Origin: Candidatus Aenigmatarchaeota archaeon
GTDB taxonomy: Archaea > Aenigmatarchaeota > Aenigmatarchaeia > CG10238-14 > SpSt-28
Direction: 5' to 3'
Length of the DNA stretch: 64,000 bases
NCBI GenBank assembly: GCA_038997165.1
Contig: JAWBAK010000002.1
Coordinates: forward strand, 21,542 to 85,541
Below, piece after piece: positions 8,795-18,351 of the stretch; the stretch's first letter is position 1, and each line of letters begins with the position of its first letter. Below the pieces are notes generated by a model. It saw only the letters and a list, made by a program, of their open reading frames with translations. It was not told where the DNA came from and searched no databases. The translations under genes were made by a program, and so were the position numbers.

Positions 8795-9610
8795 CTAGTA
8801 TCTATAGTTTTGATAAATCTGTTTAACTCTATTTTCTAGTTCATGCACCAAATCTTTTACTGTTCTAGAAGAGAGTAATACTTTTTCTATCTTTTTAAAT
8901 TCTTTATTTATATCATATGATTTTTCTATACACTCTAAAATATCTTTTACAATATCAATAGAGGGTATGTTTTTTGCATTTAAGTTTTCTGATATTTTTA
9001 TTGTACCTAACCAAGCATATATTTCACTTAAATTTCTGAAATTCTCTGCTTTCTCTTGAATGCTTCTAAAGTGTAAAATAAAGCTTATAAAATTCAAAAT
9101 AATAGTAATGATTGTAAAAATTGAATATGTTTCTTTACCATTTATTATTTCTTTAAATGTTTGTACAAGGTTGTTTAAACTATTTTCATAATTTTTCAAA
9201 GCGTTTTTAATTTCGTTTGATGCTAATGAATTCAAAATATACTTTGCGTGCATTAGTTCGTGAGGTAATGTTTCAACATCTTTACCATCGATCTTTACAT
9301 AATCCTTTATTATAAGAATAATTGATCCTTCTTTATATAATAGTGGGATTGTTATACCACCCAATTGTATAGAGTTATAAATTAATTCTGATATTATTAG
9401 ATTTGCTCTATAAACTTCTGTATTTTTAGTAACGTTCTCATCTAGATCAATACCTTTACTAGCAAGTTTATTTACGGCATTTTTTACTTCCTCTTTTGAA
9501 ACTCTCTCAACCAAACCTATTTTTTCTGCTTTTTCAAATAGATCTTCTATTAAATCTTTATTTTCTTTTCTTATATGGTTTGCATGTATTGTAGGTATAT
9601 TATCATTCAT
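8795..9610 (-). CDS. HExxH metallopeptidase-like protein with an internal hydrophobic helix
   Basis: TLPHELMHAKY...TM-like segment...SEIYAW. Confidence 0.55.
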   Translation of the reverse strand: MNDNIPTIHANHIRKENKDLIEDLFEKAEKIGLVERVSKEEVKNAVNKLASKGIDLDENVTKNTEVYRANLIISELIYNSIQLGGITIPLLYKEGSIILIIKDYVKIDGKDVETLPHELMHAKYILNSLASNEIKNALKNYENSLNNLVQTFKEIINGKETYSIFTIITIILNFISFILHFRSIQEKAENFRNLSEIYAWLGTIKISENLNAKNIPSIDIVKDILECIEKSYDINKEFKKIEKVLLSSRTVKDLVHELENRVKQIYQNYRY

Positions 9611-9725
9611 AAGTAATTATATTAGATTTGAAAATATATATTTTTTATTGATAACTATGAATGTTAAACATCTAAAATAAATTAAAAATCCCTCTTTATA
9701 ATTTTTTTAAAATTATATAATATTT

Positions 9726-9851
9726 ATGGAACACGCTTCAATTAAAACTGCTATTTTTATTGGTATTGCAATTTTAATAATTTTATTTTTCATAATAATA
9801 GGTATTTACTATTTTAAAATTTTATCAACGCAAGTAGCTATTACCCCATAA
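9726..9851 (+). CDS. Micro-pilin-like peptide 1 (41 aa, not in ORF track)
   Basis: MEHASIKTAIFIGIAILIILFFIIIGIYYFKILSTQVAITP. Confidence 0.65.
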   Translation: MEHASIKTAIFIGIAILIILFFIIIGIYYFKILSTQVAITP

Positions 9852-9853
9852 AA

Positions 9854-10030
9854 ATGCCTATAGAAATATCAACAGAATTGCTTTATATATTAATTTTTTT
9901 CTTGATAATTGTAGCAGTAATATTAACTTTTATTTTTTCTGGTTTCGATATCAATAGAATGCAAGAAAGTATTTCAAGTTTTTGGGATAGTGTAGATAGA
10001 TTTGCTAAGAAAATATTTGGAGAAAAATAA
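9854..10030 (+). CDS. Micro-pilin-like peptide 2 (58 aa, not in ORF track)
   Basis: MPIEISTELLYILIFFLIIVAVILTFIFSGFDINRMQESISSFWDSVDRFAKKIFGEK. Confidence 0.7.
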   Translation: MPIEISTELLYILIFFLIIVAVILTFIFSGFDINRMQESISSFWDSVDRFAKKIFGEK

Positions 10031-10032
10031 TT

Positions 10033-10218
10033 ATGGAAGTAAATTTTTTGATCCTAATAATTCTAGGTATTATAATTTTTTCAATTATTTTAATTGTAAT
10101 ATTTTCTATGATTTGGCCTTCGAAGTTTTCTACATTTTTAAAAGAAGCATGTTTATTAACAGTTGGAAAATTTTTTGCACAACCATATATATGTGAAGCT
10201 TTTAGAGTAGCAGAATGA
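10033..10218 (+). CDS. Micro-pilin-like peptide 3 (61 aa, Cys pair)
   Basis: N-terminal hydrophobic helix, then EACLLTVG...ICE. Confidence 0.7.
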   Translation: MEVNFLILIILGIIIFSIILIVIFSMIWPSKFSTFLKEACLLTVGKFFAQPYICEAFRVAE

Positions 10219-10406
10219 TTCCGATAAGAACTCTTATAATAATTTTTTTAATAATTATTGCAATTATATTTTTAATTTCGATTATCTTTGCATTTTTTAA
10301 GGGTGGAGGAGTAGCTCAAGTTTTTTATGAATTTTGCAAAATAACTATTGGCAATATTCCATTTATTGGAGAGGGTGTTTGCGAAACTTTAATAAAAGAG
10401 ATATAA
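10215..10406 (+). CDS. Micro-pilin-like peptide 4 (63 aa, Cys pair)
   Basis: N-terminal hydrophobic helix, then EFCKITIG...VCE; ATGA overlap with peptide 3. Confidence 0.7.
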   Translation: MIPIRTLIIIFLIIIAIIFLISIIFAFFKGGGVAQVFYEFCKITIGNIPFIGEGVCETLIKEI

Positions 10407-10417
10407 AAAAATAATTT

Positions 10418-10579
10418 ATGGAGCAAACGATTTGGATAATAATTCTTATAGTTATTGCAATTCTTTCGTTTATTGTAATATTGAGCATAATATCTTTAGC
10501 AAGAGAAGGTGGAATGAGAAGTTTAGGAGATTTGTTTAATTTATCTAAATTTTTGGAAATTGTTGGAATAAAGAAATGA
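10418..10579 (+). CDS. Micro-pilin-like peptide 5 (53 aa, not in ORF track)
   Basis: MEQTIWIIILIVIAILSFIVILSIISLAREGGMRSLGDLFNLSKFLEIVGIKK. Confidence 0.7.
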   Translation: MEQTIWIIILIVIAILSFIVILSIISLAREGGMRSLGDLFNLSKFLEIVGIKK

Positions 10580-10728
10580 TAGAGGATGAATTATGGATAG
10601 TTTTAGGAATTATTTTATTAATAATAGTTGGAATTTTAATTTATCTAGCTATAACTAATCCAAAATTTCAAGAATTGATAAAGAATATGATATGGAATCT
10701 CAAAATTCCAAAACCTTGGAAAAAATAA
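10576..10728 (+). CDS. Micro-pilin-like peptide 6 (50 aa, not in ORF track)
   Basis: MIEDELWIVLGIILLIIVGILIYLAITNPKFQELIKNMIWNLKIPKPWKK; ATGA overlap. Confidence 0.7.
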   Translation: MIEDELWIVLGIILLIIVGILIYLAITNPKFQELIKNMIWNLKIPKPWKK

Positions 10729-10729
10729 T

Positions 10730-10855
10730 ATGCAAATACCAATTAAAATAGTAATTATTATAATAATTTTAATAATTTTAATTACTTTTGCAATCTTTTT
10801 TGCAACTTTTTTAAAATCTTCTATTGCTAATATTTTATCTCAAATATTTGGTTAA
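10730..10855 (+). CDS. Micro-pilin-like peptide 7 (41 aa, not in ORF track)
   Basis: MQIPIKIVIIIIILIILITFAIFFATFLKSSIANILSQIFG; its stop overlaps the convergent platform gene's stop. Confidence 0.65.
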   Translation: MQIPIKIVIIIIILIILITFAIFFATFLKSSIANILSQIFG

Positions 10856-12846
10856 ACTTGAACTATTGTTTCTATCATTGGAGTTAATATTAGTGAACTA
10901 AAGAGAACTGTTAATATATATAATATTAGTGATATTATCAATGTTTTCGAAAGAAAAGAAAGAAAATTATATCTTTCTAATCCACTTTCTAAACCGACAA
11001 TTAATAAACTTGAAATTATTATCATTTCAACCAAATAAATACCTAATGAAAAAGTTATAGATCCAAAAGAAATTGAACTTACTGTAGATGCAGAAATAAA
11101 TGGAATACCAGTTAAAGGTAAAGCTTCTGTTGATTCCTGAGTTGGAAGTTCTCCAATACTAAAGAATACTTTAATAATTAGAGATAATAGAATAATTACT
11201 AATGAAATTCCAGTTCCAATTATAATTGGCATTAAGAATGTTATTATAAATTTTAGATTATTTACGTTATCACTTATTAATTCTTCAATCTTTGCTTGAA
11301 GTTTAAAAAGGTTAGATAAATATTCAGAAATTATTATCATAGTATCTCCAGCAAATCTATATCCTTTTTTATAACTTTCGATTATAATTTCAAAAGAATT
11401 TTTTATAATACTTGATGGATATATTTTTATTATTTTTTCTATTGATTCTTTTAAATTTCCACTATAGGATAATATTGATAACAATTTTTCAAATAATTTT
11501 CCAATTTCAAATTTTTTATATCTTTCAATTCCTTTATTAATTGCAATCTCTAAAGGATTTCCAGCTCTTAAATAATAACCTGTTTGATACAATACTGTTG
11601 GAAATTCGCTTTCTATTTTTTCAATAATTTTTCTTTTTAATAAAATATTTCTTAATGCAAAAATTAAAATTAGTGAGATTGGAACAAACAATAAAAATAA
11701 TGATGAAATTGCAAGAAAAACTAATGTAAAATTATCTCTTAATAATTCCTCACACTCTTCTTTACTTAATGTCAAATCTTTTGGTTTTGTTTTAAATTTT
11801 GTATTTGCCCATTCTACACATTTTTCAAAATTATAATTTAGTGAAATAAAATTTGGAAGAGTTAAAGAGGAAAGAATTAATGATATTAAAATTCCAACAA
11901 AAATTAAATTAATTTTAAAGTTAGAAAATTTTATTTCTAAAGGATTTTCTATAAGAAGAAAGGAAATTGTTAATGGTCTAGAAGTTATTAAAGTTATTAT
12001 TACTAGAAATAAAATTATTGGTAAAATTACATTGAAAACTATTACTAAAGTTGTGAAAGAAAAAATTTGAGGGAAAAAAATAGAAAATAGTGGTAAAATA
12101 GTTAAAGAAAGTAAAGGCAAAATTACACCTAATCCTAAAATAATTGTTGATGGTAATTTTAAACTTCTCGCATATTTTTCCATTCTTTGAAAATTTTCTT
12201 CATGCATTACTCTTATCGCTTCTTTTATTAAATTTTCTGAAGAATATGGATTTTCACTATATGCTATCAATAATTTTAATGCTTCGCAAAATTCTTTCGC
12301 TTCTTTATACCATCTTTCGATTATTTCATTTAAACCTTCTTTAATTGTAGTTTCTCCAACTAAAAATTTAGCTAAAATTCTTTTAAAATCTTTTCCAATT
12401 TCACCACTTAAATTACTCGCAACTAAAACAACAGCTCTTTCTAAATTTGGAACTTGTTTTAAAGAAATACTCATATATATAATTGCATGCATCATTTCGC
12501 TAGAGGCAAAATTTCTAATTAGTTTAGCTTTAAGAAATGGATAATAATATATTAAAAATGAAATTAAGGATAATAATATAAAAAAAATAAAAGATATTGA
12601 GAATCCTAATGAAAAAGCTAATATTGCAATTCCTATTATTCCAAAAAGAAAAATTAGAATTGCTGCAGAAAAATTTGAAGCTGGAGGTATTCTTAATCTA
12701 CAAAATTTATTAACTTCATTATATAACTCTTCTTCTTCTTTTGGAATTTTAATTTTTATTATTTGAAAACTAAAATTACAAAGTAATTCGTAAAAAGAAA
12801 GTTTTTTGGATTTTTTATATTCTTCAATAATTTGGTTTACATCCAT
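10852..12846 (-). CDS. Type IV pilus/T2SS membrane platform protein (TadC/GspF/ArlJ-like, two T2SSF domains)
   Basis: Polytopic, with two cytoplasmic repeats (SLKQVPNLERAV...; IESEFPTVLYQTGYYLRAGNPLE) and ERMEKYARSLKLP. Confidence 0.75.
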   Translation of the reverse strand: MDVNQIIEEYKKSKKLSFYELLCNFSFQIIKIKIPKEEEELYNEVNKFCRLRIPPASNFSAAILIFLFGIIGIAILAFSLGFSISFIFFILLSLISFLIYYYPFLKAKLIRNFASSEMMHAIIYMSISLKQVPNLERAVVLVASNLSGEIGKDFKRILAKFLVGETTIKEGLNEIIERWYKEAKEFCEALKLLIAYSENPYSSENLIKEAIRVMHEENFQRMEKYARSLKLPSTIILGLGVILPLLSLTILPLFSIFFPQIFSFTTLVIVFNVILPIILFLVIITLITSRPLTISFLLIENPLEIKFSNFKINLIFVGILISLILSSLTLPNFISLNYNFEKCVEWANTKFKTKPKDLTLSKEECEELLRDNFTLVFLAISSLFLLFVPISLILIFALRNILLKRKIIEKIESEFPTVLYQTGYYLRAGNPLEIAINKGIERYKKFEIGKLFEKLLSILSYSGNLKESIEKIIKIYPSSIIKNSFEIIIESYKKGYRFAGDTMIIISEYLSNLFKLQAKIEELISDNVNNLKFIITFLMPIIIGTGISLVIILLSLIIKVFFSIGELPTQESTEALPLTGIPFISASTVSSISFGSITFSLGIYLVEMIIISSLLIVGLESGLERYNFLSFLSKTLIISLILYILTVLFSSLILTPMIETIVQV

Positions 12847-12881
12847 AATAAATAAATAAGTTTACCATATATGTATATATT

Positions 12882-15587
12882 ATGAAATTATTAGAAGAAG
12901 TTGCAATAAGATTTTTAATAGGTATATTTATTGCATCTCTTATAGGTTTTTTATTTTGGTGGTTAGTTATTCATAATGAAACAGATAGAATTGTTGAAAG
13001 AAATTTTCAAAAATTTTATTCTGCATTAGATGAAGCATGTTCTAGAAGATCTACAATAAATAATCCTACAAAAGTTTATGTAGAAATTCCTCAAAAAAGA
13101 TTTCAAAATCCATTCGAAGCAGGAATAAATTGGTTAAAAGAAAAATTAGGAATTCCAGTTCCATTTACTGCTTTTCAAGATCCATATTATAATTTTCATT
13201 GGGAATTTTTTCCGCCAGAACCACCATATACATTTGGACAAGGTATTCCAGAATCTTTAGCTGCATTTTTTATTCCATGGAGCGAAGATTTACCTTGGAG
13301 TTCTAATTTAATATTAACTATGGCTTTTAATGCATATGCTTTGGGATTAGATATGTTTGAAGCAGTAAAGCAACTTGAAAAAGCAAAATCTAAAGCTTAT
13401 TTATCTATAAAACACAAAATGTCTAATTTTGGGAAAAAAATTCTTAATAATTTCGATGAAATAAAAATAATTGTTAAAGCGGTAAATGAAATGGAAGAAT
13501 ATATTAAAAAAGTTGGAAACTATGTTATTAGAGTAAAAGGTACTGCAATAAAAATTGCAGATGTTAGTGGAAAAATTATTCATGAAATTAAATTTATATC
13601 TAAAGTAACCACAATGTATGCATTATTTTGTCTAGCAATAGAAGATAAAACTTTAGGAGAATGTTTTACTGAAGGAGTAATTTTTGGAGTAGGTGCAGAT
13701 GTAGGTAAATTAATAATGAAAAATGTTGTTTTTCCTCGTATAAAGAAAAAATTAGAAATTTATTATTCAATTACTGTTGGAAAAATTAAAAAAGGTTTTT
13801 CAGAATTTTTAGAGTATGTTTCTGACGAAGTAAAATCGATAAAATATAAATTTCTTGGAATGGAAAATATTGTTGCTGAAAATATAGATGAAATAAATAA
13901 ATTAACCGATGACATTAAAAATCTTGTAGATGATGCCAAAAAATTATTAAATGAGGGAAAAAATTCTGAAGCTCTTAGCAAAATAAATGAAGCAAAAGGA
14001 AAATTAAAGGCAATTTCTTCATTAATTGAAGATACTTCTAAAAAAGCACCACCAGACTACTTTTCGGCTTTATTCTTTACACAAATTGAAATTGAAAAAC
14101 TACAAGATGAAATAAATGATATAATAAAGAGATGTCCTGAAGATTTAATAAAAGATATTTCAAAAGGTTTTGTTGAACTAGATTCTCTAGTTAAATCTAC
14201 AGAAGAGTTACACGATGATATTCATACAAAATCTACAAAAAAAGTTTTAGAGAGAAAAGGATTTAATTTTGAGTATGATGAAAAATTAAAAAGAAATGTA
14301 TATGTATTAACAGAAGAAAGTAATAAAGATTTATTTAATGAATTTAAAGAAGCAATAGAAGCTAGAAAAGCGATGGGAGAAACAATTTATAGTTATGGAG
14401 ATTTTAAATTTCAATATGATGAAAAAGGAAACTTAATAAAAGTTATTTACGATCCATTTGATCCAGATAGCATTACAAATACTATAAAAGAAGGTATTTT
14501 GGGTTATCCAAAAAAATTTTTGGCATATTTAGAAGAAAAGGCATTTATTCATAATAAATTAGTAGATGGAGATGCTGTTGCTAAAGTATTAGAAGATATG
14601 AAAGATGATCTTCAAAGAGATGAAAACTTAAGAAAAAGATTATTAGAAGCATTTAAAAAAATAGGACATGAAATTGATGAAGATGAATTAATTTATAGAA
14701 TTGACGATACTATAAGAAAGTATAAAGCTGGAGAAAATTTAGTATTAGTTGTAGAAAAAAATAGTGAATTAGGAAAACTCTTTGATAAATTACCAAGCGA
14801 CATTTCTTCACAAGATCTTTCACATTATATTAGAAAAGCAATTTATGATGCTATAAAACAAGGTGATGATACTGAATTAAAAAATTTATATGGGTTGATA
14901 AATGGAAAAACTTTAAGAATTAAAGAAGATATGGAAATATTTTTTAGAAGAGGTGTTATAGGATATGCTGCCTTAAGAGCTATTGATTTATACACACCTT
15001 TAGGAGCAAGTTGGTGGGATAAATATATTTCTTACTATGGTTATGAAGGTCAAAAAATTCCTGTAGGATGTCAAACTCAATGTGATGAAGGAAAAATTTG
15101 TTTGCAGTTAGGAGCATGCATTAGACAATTTGATTTACCCGAAAGCTGTCAAAAAATTGGTATAAAAGATGTAAAAATAAAAAGAAATAGTATTGTTGCA
15201 AATGATCCAAGATTTTATTTAGTTAGTCCATGCTATGCTGAATTAGAAATTTTTATTGATAATTCTGATGCAATACTATTTATTCTTCCAAAAATAGATA
15301 AAAATAGGTTAAATGAACCAAATTATTGTTATGCAACAGAGAATTTTGTTAATTGGTACATAGGTACTTATATTGCTCAATATACAACTAGATGTGTGGG
15401 AGCAATAGGTTGCGCTATACTAACTGGTGGTCTTGGAGCTATAGATGCTGTTTTGGCATGTTTATTTGGAGCTGCAGGAGGTGTTTGTGGAGTTGTTGTA
15501 GATTTAATAGATTTAGCGTTTTCATTTTTAAAAGAATCTACTTTTATTTGGCCAACAGTTTATCAAACTTATCCTTGGTTAGCATGA
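12882..15587 (+). CDS. Large pilin-anchored protein (901 aa): coiled coil, Cys-rich domain, Gly-rich hydrophobic C-terminus
   Basis: N-terminal TM helix, long helical middle, clustered Cys, C-terminal CVGAIGCAILTGGLGAIDAVLACLFGAAGGVCG. Confidence 0.6.
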   Translation: MKLLEEVAIRFLIGIFIASLIGFLFWWLVIHNETDRIVERNFQKFYSALDEACSRRSTINNPTKVYVEIPQKRFQNPFEAGINWLKEKLGIPVPFTAFQDPYYNFHWEFFPPEPPYTFGQGIPESLAAFFIPWSEDLPWSSNLILTMAFNAYALGLDMFEAVKQLEKAKSKAYLSIKHKMSNFGKKILNNFDEIKIIVKAVNEMEEYIKKVGNYVIRVKGTAIKIADVSGKIIHEIKFISKVTTMYALFCLAIEDKTLGECFTEGVIFGVGADVGKLIMKNVVFPRIKKKLEIYYSITVGKIKKGFSEFLEYVSDEVKSIKYKFLGMENIVAENIDEINKLTDDIKNLVDDAKKLLNEGKNSEALSKINEAKGKLKAISSLIEDTSKKAPPDYFSALFFTQIEIEKLQDEINDIIKRCPEDLIKDISKGFVELDSLVKSTEELHDDIHTKSTKKVLERKGFNFEYDEKLKRNVYVLTEESNKDLFNEFKEAIEARKAMGETIYSYGDFKFQYDEKGNLIKVIYDPFDPDSITNTIKEGILGYPKKFLAYLEEKAFIHNKLVDGDAVAKVLEDMKDDLQRDENLRKRLLEAFKKIGHEIDEDELIYRIDDTIRKYKAGENLVLVVEKNSELGKLFDKLPSDISSQDLSHYIRKAIYDAIKQGDDTELKNLYGLINGKTLRIKEDMEIFFRRGVIGYAALRAIDLYTPLGASWWDKYISYYGYEGQKIPVGCQTQCDEGKICLQLGACIRQFDLPESCQKIGIKDVKIKRNSIVANDPRFYLVSPCYAELEIFIDNSDAILFILPKIDKNRLNEPNYCYATENFVNWYIGTYIAQYTTRCVGAIGCAILTGGLGAIDAVLACLFGAAGGVCGVVVDLIDLAFSFLKESTFIWPTVYQTYPWLA

Positions 15588-16003
15588 TCAAAATAAAAAA
15601 ATTAAAATTATCTGCATTTATAACTTATTTAGTTTTATTTTTTTCAATGATTTTTGTTATAATTTTTTTATATTTAGGAATTAACATTCTTTTGATAAAT
15701 ATTTATAAAAACAATTTTTTTATTTCAAAAAGTACTTCTGAATTTCTTTCTGCAATTATGAATTCTTTATTTTCTTCTACAAATAATATTACTATAGAAA
15801 TTACATTTCCAAAAGAAGAAATGGAAATATATTTTTTTGATGAGAATATAACTGTAAAGAAAGGAAAAGAATTTTTTTCTTCAAAAATTTTTAAACCAAG
15901 TTATATTAATTTTAATGTTTCAAATAATGTTATAAAAACAACATCGTTTTATAATACAAAAATTCTAATAATAAAAGTAAACGATGAAATAAAAATAATA
16001 TGA
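15584..16003 (+). CDS. Pilin-like membrane-anchored protein (139 aa)
   Basis: Start at the ATGA overlap (15584); basic leader plus hydrophobic helix. The ORF-track extension to 15392 is spurious. Confidence 0.6.
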   Translation: MIKIKKLKLSAFITYLVLFFSMIFVIIFLYLGINILLINIYKNNFFISKSTSEFLSAIMNSLFSSTNNITIEITFPKEEMEIYFFDENITVKKGKEFFSSKIFKPSYINFNVSNNVIKTTSFYNTKILIIKVNDEIKII

Positions 16004-16395
16004 AATTGCAAATTTCATTTATTCCAGAATCAATGTTAGATGTTTTAACTTTAATAATTGTAATTTCTATGACATTTGGAATGTATATTTTATATACAGA
16101 ATATAAATTAATTTTAAAAAGAGATGAAAATTTAGATTTTCAAAATTATAATTTTGCTCAAGTTTTTATTGGAGATAAATGTATACTTTATAATAATATT
16201 AGCAAAGGAATTTTAGATTATAATAAAATAAAAAATAAACAAAGTTGTTTAAATTTAGAAAAAAATATAAGCATTATTTTAAATTCGGAAAAAATTGTTT
16301 ATAATAACGATTGCGATTTTTCTAATACAAAAGTTATAATTCCGATAATAGTTTTTAAAGAAAGTTTTCAAGAAGCAAAATTAATAATATGTTAA
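16000..16395 (+). CDS. Pilin-like protein
   Basis: MKLQISF...hydrophobic helix, 4 Cys; ATGA-coupled. Confidence 0.6.
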   Translation: MKLQISFIPESMLDVLTLIIVISMTFGMYILYTEYKLILKRDENLDFQNYNFAQVFIGDKCILYNNISKGILDYNKIKNKQSCLNLEKNISIILNSEKIVYNNDCDFSNTKVIIPIIVFKESFQEAKLIIC

Positions 16396-16784
16396 TTCCA
16401 AAAATAATTACAACATTTTTAACATTAATTTTTTCAATTATAGCTTTTTCTTTTGTTTATTTTTTATTGCAAAATTTACCAAAAGCAAAAGTAGAAATAC
16501 AATATAAATTAAGAGAGGAAAATCCTTTTTCTTCTCATCTATGTCAAGTATTTTTAAGTTCAGATGAAATAAAAGAACTAATTATAAAAACAATTAAAAA
16601 AGAAAATATTGAAAATTCTAAAGCATTAATTTTAGATAGGCTTTCTAATTTAATTGAAGATAGAGGATTTGAAATAGTAATTTCAAACGAAAGTATAAAA
16701 AAAGGAGCTTTATCGTATGAAGATATATATTCATGCTACTTTTTTTATAATAAAAAATTGTATGAAATAATAATAAAAATATGA
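16389..16784 (+). CDS. Pilin-like protein
   Basis: N-terminal hydrophobic helix, Cys pair, overlapping operon structure. Confidence 0.55.
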   Translation: MLIPKIITTFLTLIFSIIAFSFVYFLLQNLPKAKVEIQYKLREENPFSSHLCQVFLSSDEIKELIIKTIKKENIENSKALILDRLSNLIEDRGFEIVISNESIKKGALSYEDIYSCYFFYNKKLYEIIIKI

Positions 16785-17149
16785 AAACATTAATTGGAAA
16801 TTTAATATTATTTTTATTACCTTTAGTACTTTTTATAATTGCTTTTTATTTAACGGCAGGTATTTTAAGTAGAGAAATAAGTGTTATAGATATTTCTTCT
16901 AAAATTTTTAATGTAATAAATGAAGCTGAAATTTATAAACAACAAATAAGAAATATTACGTTAGAAAAACTAAAAGAAAATAATAATTTAAAAGAATTTT
17001 CATTTAGTGGATATTATACTTTTTTCAAAATTTCAATAATTGAAAGAGATAATTCTCAAATAAAAATAGAAGTTTTTGGATATCCAAAAGAGGAAATAAT
17101 TGGTATAAGACTGATTATTCATTATATCGATGAAATAAAATTATGGTAA
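16781..17149 (+). CDS. Pilin-like protein
   Basis: N-terminal hydrophobic helix followed by an amphipathic helix and beta strands. Confidence 0.55.
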   Translation: MKTLIGNLILFLLPLVLFIIAFYLTAGILSREISVIDISSKIFNVINEAEIYKQQIRNITLEKLKENNNLKEFSFSGYYTFFKISIIERDNSQIKIEVFGYPKEEIIGIRLIIHYIDEIKLW

Positions 17150-18351
17150 ACGAACTCTTAATATTTTTATTGATTATTTTTATAGTTATATCTGTAATTA
17201 CTTATTTTATTATCTCTACAATAACTAAAGTAGAAATTAAAGAATATGTTCCAAGAATTATTTTTTCGAGAGATGCTTTTTTAGATATTAATTTTCTTTT
17301 TTCCGATTTTGATGGAAAATCTTCTGAATACAATTATGCATTTTACATTCAAAATAATTTTTTAAACACATTAAATTTAAATATTTTTTCAGAATTTTTA
17401 ATTTTAGATGAAAATGTAAAAATTTCTTTATATAAAGAAGAGTTTTCTGATTTATTAGCTTCTAATGTTAAAAAGAGATATGATATTTCATTTAAAAATA
17501 TTTTTGATAATTCAAAGATTAGCGGATTAAATTTTTGTGAAGAGGAGAGAAAAGCTATTTTAGGCTGTAAATATGAATGTTGTAAAGGAGATAATATAAA
17601 TGATGGAATTTGTTGGAAAGATTGCAAAATTTATAAATTAGATCTTTCTGAGAAAAAAAGAAATCTTTATTGTCAAATTTTTCCAATTATTTATACTTCA
17701 ATAAACTATTCGGCTATTATAAATGGAACTGTTGAAATTAGTAAAAATACTTATGAAGATAGAATTAAATGGAATGTAAGAAAATCGCCAATTAATATTT
17801 TTGTAAGACCATCTCCAATACCATATAATAATCTTTTACCTTTAATGCTTACTTTTGAAATAGAGGGGGAAAATGTGTTTCTAAGAAAGTTAAGGCTAGA
17901 AATTATAAATTATTCTATTGAAATTGAAACTTTTTTTGAGAAAAAGATAGAAAGTTTAGAAGCATCACAAATTTGCGAAATAGAAGTAAATAGATTTATT
18001 AATGGAAAAGTATATCTTGGAAAAGAAAAGAATTGTACTTTTGAACCTTTAAACATTACAGTTAAAAGAATTTTAAAAGATAGAGTTGAAGAAAAAATAG
18101 CAACCAAAAATGAAGATATAAACAAATTAATAAATTCTGTTTGTAAAGAATATATTTCTGATGGAAAAATAGACTATGAAAACTGTGCAAAAGAATTAAA
18201 TAAAAGAGAATATAATATTTGTAGTTTATATAGTGATTTAGAAATTTGTAAAATTGGAGAAGAAAAGTTAAATAAAATAATTATTCTTATTTCAGCTGAA
18301 ATTGAAAAGAGAGAAGAATATAGAAAAAAATTAATACCAACTTTTTGTTAA
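17143..18351 (+). CDS. Membrane-anchored Cys-rich exported protein
   Basis: N-terminal TM helix and many clustered Cys; last gene of the operon. Confidence 0.55.
   Translation: MVNELLIFLLIIFIVISVITYFIISTITKVEIKEYVPRIIFSRDAFLDINFLFSDFDGKSSEYNYAFYIQNNFLNTLNLNIFSEFLILDENVKISLYKEEFSDLLASNVKKRYDISFKNIFDNSKISGLNFCEEERKAILGCKYECCKGDNINDGICWKDCKIYKLDLSEKKRNLYCQIFPIIYTSINYSAIINGTVEISKNTYEDRIKWNVRKSPINIFVRPSPIPYNNLLPLMLTFEIEGENVFLRKLRLEIINYSIEIETFFEKKIESLEASQICEIEVNRFINGKVYLGKEKNCTFEPLNITVKRILKDRVEEKIATKNEDINKLINSVCKEYISDGKIDYENCAKELNKREYNICSLYSDLEICKIGEEKLNKIIILISAEIEKREEYRKKLIPTFC

Noticed and set aside
10002..10196. 64-aa ORF
   Set aside because: Out-of-frame shadow over the micro-pilins at 9854-10030 and 10033-10218.
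15392..15583. Cys/Arg-rich N-terminal extension of the 203-aa ORF
   Set aside because: Alternate-frame reading of the end of the 901-aa gene; the real start is 15584.
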